A DNA stretch of 64,000 bases from Marsupella aquatica (Eukaryota > Plantae > Marchantiophyta): the NCBI GenBank assembly GCA_973895155.1, contig OZ316899.1, positions 393,473 through 457,472 of the forward strand. The letters are read 5' to 3'. The notes beneath the pieces are model-generated. The model saw nothing but the letters and a program-made list of their open reading frames with translations. It had not been told where the DNA came from and searched no databases. How positions within the stretch are numbered: position 1 is the stretch's first letter; every line of letters starts with the position of its first letter. Shown here piece after piece: positions 61,800-64,000 of this stretch. The position numbers and the translations under genes are program-made.

Positions 61800-62830
61800 T
61801 GTCGGCCCGCCGCTATAAGTTCTCCATCTTCCTTGTGCTTTCTTCCAACTCCTCGTGCGTTTCGTCTAGGTCCTTCCGCGCCTCCTCCAACTCCTTTTGG
61901 GCTTCCTCCAATTCCTTCTGGGCTTCCTCCAATCCCTTCTTTAAGGTAGCCTCTCCTCCTGGGTTGCTCTCAGCTCCTTGTCAAGCTTTGTCACGACCTC
62001 AGACTCCATCTTGTTCATCTTGGCATAAGTCTGATCGAGCTGGTCGTCTTTCTCATGCAGGTCGGCCTTGAAGCTGGCCGTCAGGGATGCAAGCTCCTGC
62101 TGCAGCACAATAATCCCTTGATAGGATTTCCCTAACTCGGCCTCCTTCTGTTCAAGGGCTCCACGGATATCCTTGAGCTCCCCCTTCAATGCCCTCTCCC
62201 TCCTCTGGGTCTCCGCCATGGCCCAATTGTTGGTTGCTATGTGGGCCTCCTTTGCATCCCTCGGCTCTTGCTTCCACTTCTCCCTTTCCTTGACCGCATC
62301 GGCCAACTCCCCTTGGGTCCGAGTCAGTTTATCCTTGATAATCTGATTATCAGACTGAGCGGTATCCAGCTGCCCCTGCATGATTTTTAGTTCATGCCAC
62401 TTAATCCGCAGCTCATCTTGGGCTTTCTTGGCCGCCTTTAGGTCCTCTACCTTGGCTTCCTTCTCTCGAAGCCATTGGATGACCTTGTCCTTCTTTCTTC
62501 TTTCCAAAGCCACCGCTTCTTCCAATCGGCATTTTTCCAACATCTCTCTCTGGAAAAAAGGTCCTTGCTCCAACTCCTCCCCTAAGATGTTGAGCGCAAG
62601 TTCCCCACACATCTCCCCGTACTCCATGGCTCTTTCTTTAGCATAGGTGGAGTGAGTAGTAGTCATCGGCATCAACCACCGCGGCCTTTGTTCCCAAGTC
62701 GCCTTCCTTATTTCTTCTATTGTGGCTGGAGGGCTGCCCCGTCTTTCTGCAAGCCGCCAGATGTCCTCTGGCCATTCTCCCCCAGGTAAATCCTTCTCCC
62801 TAGCCAAGGCTGCCTCTTCTGCTTCCTTGA
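61800..62830 (-). pseudogene. Coiled-coil TE accessory ORF, frameshifted near 61945
   Basis: ORF 61941-62807 with heptad-rich C-half, paralogous to 51081-51563. Confidence 0.6.
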
Positions 62831-63329
62831 GTCGCTCCTGAAACTCCTGTGCCGTTTGTTTTATCTCGTCGAATCTCGGGGGAGCAACATCTGGTGGGGG
62901 ATACTCTGGGCTGCTCTACTGGGTGGGGTCCCCTCAAACTACTCTTGGAAGCATGGGGATGAAACGGCCACAGGTCCTTACTCCTGGGACATGATGGTCA
63001 GTTCTTCCTTTTTGTCAGTTTTTTTACTTCGTTACGTTTGACAGGCGGATTTCCCTGCATCCGGCGGCGGCTATCCGATCCTCGGGCTCTGGAAAGCTCG
63101 TTCGTAAAGCCCTTTGCGCTTTTACTGAAACGCTTATTTCACGGAAATTCGAAAAAGATAAGTATTTTTTTACTTTTTATAAACTTACGTCGCTTTTTCG
63201 ATTAAAAAAAGAACTGAAAGCAAGATGTCCGCCAGGATCCGTAGGCACCAGACTTCGGCTGAGCGATATGCGAGAGGGCCGAAGGTGGCGCGAGTAGCAT
63301 AAACGAGAGGGTCGAAGGGGATTCAGCAA

Positions 63330-64000
63330 GGCCATGGAGAAGCGACGTCTGACCCGTAGCCAGAGTTGCCGTAGTCCTCCACCACCTCCCTGACTTCCAC
63401 TACCGATTCCCCCCGCTGCTTTCCTTGTCTTGCTGTGAACACGGCCTCTTGCCGATCATAACTCACAGGTCTATTTCCTCCTCCGGCTTCCAAGTTGTCT
63501 TCTCCCTCTATTTACCGCAAACAAGAGCTTTAGGCTGCTCTTCCTCGGCTTCGGGACTCGAGGCTCCTACATACATTCAAACCCCCGGCTCGTGTTCCGG
63601 CCTCCTTCTTTCCTTGGCTCCGATAAAGGGGTTTTCCCTCACGAGTCAGCTTAGGCCGACTTCTAGGGCAGTGTCCTGTACCGGTGCCATTGTTGTTGCC
63701 GTTGCTGTCCTCTTCTCCTTCTCCAACAATTTCAGCAGATTCTGCATGCCTGGTTGCTGCATCGGCAAGTTTTTTGTCCTTGGCCTAAACACCTGCTCGA
63801 TCGTAGGACTATCGGGCTGGTTGGGTTTCTCTGCTGTCGGCCTCTATTCCAAAACCTCCTCTGGTGCCCTTGCCTGTAGGGGAAGTACCGGGGCAAAGAT
63901 CTGACTCTGGGCATACCGGCACAATAGCGGCATGTGATAGCCAAGTTGGGACACGCTTCCCTTGCCAATCACCTGCTGTTCCTCCTTCAATATCTTCTTT
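63330..64000 (-). repeat. Inverted diverged homolog of the ORF part of the 2.1-kb tandem unit; runs off the window
   Basis: Reverse complement aligns to about 58080-58745 (YHMPLLCRYAQSQIFAPVLPLQARAPEE, MQQPGMQNLLKLLEKE). Confidence 0.88.

Overview
Transposon-dense window of a plant nuclear genome, probably a non-seed land plant (inferred from the CUL3 N-terminus and the TE lineages; no database search was possible). It holds one intact host gene, Cullin-3 (minus strand, 2 coding exons, 734 aa), surrounded by deeply nested TEs. The standout is a young, non-frameshifted 9.57-kb Ty3/Gypsy element (10770-20342, GGGT target-site duplication). Its polyprotein carries a C5 cytosine DNA methyltransferase between protease and RT, and a PHD finger after the DDE integrase. 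Its terminal repeats are not ordinary LTRs but split direct repeats (A...B-A-B). The PBS and PPT define a B+A LTR, whereas the integrated ends derive from an internal palindrome (GACA-GC-TGTC), which suggests integration from a circular intermediate. Second, a CACTA element (33375-43001, nested in a 13.7-kb PIF/Harbinger) carries a SET-domain exon that may be alternatively spliced with the transposase. Also present: three 1.3-1.5 kb solo-LTR-like elements with AGT...ACT ends and 5-bp TSDs, nested Bianca-like Copia elements with a half-tRNA-Ile PBS, other Copia debris, and a decayed, rearranged non-chromoviral Gypsy region with tandem and inverted duplications. All domain calls come from motif recognition by eye.
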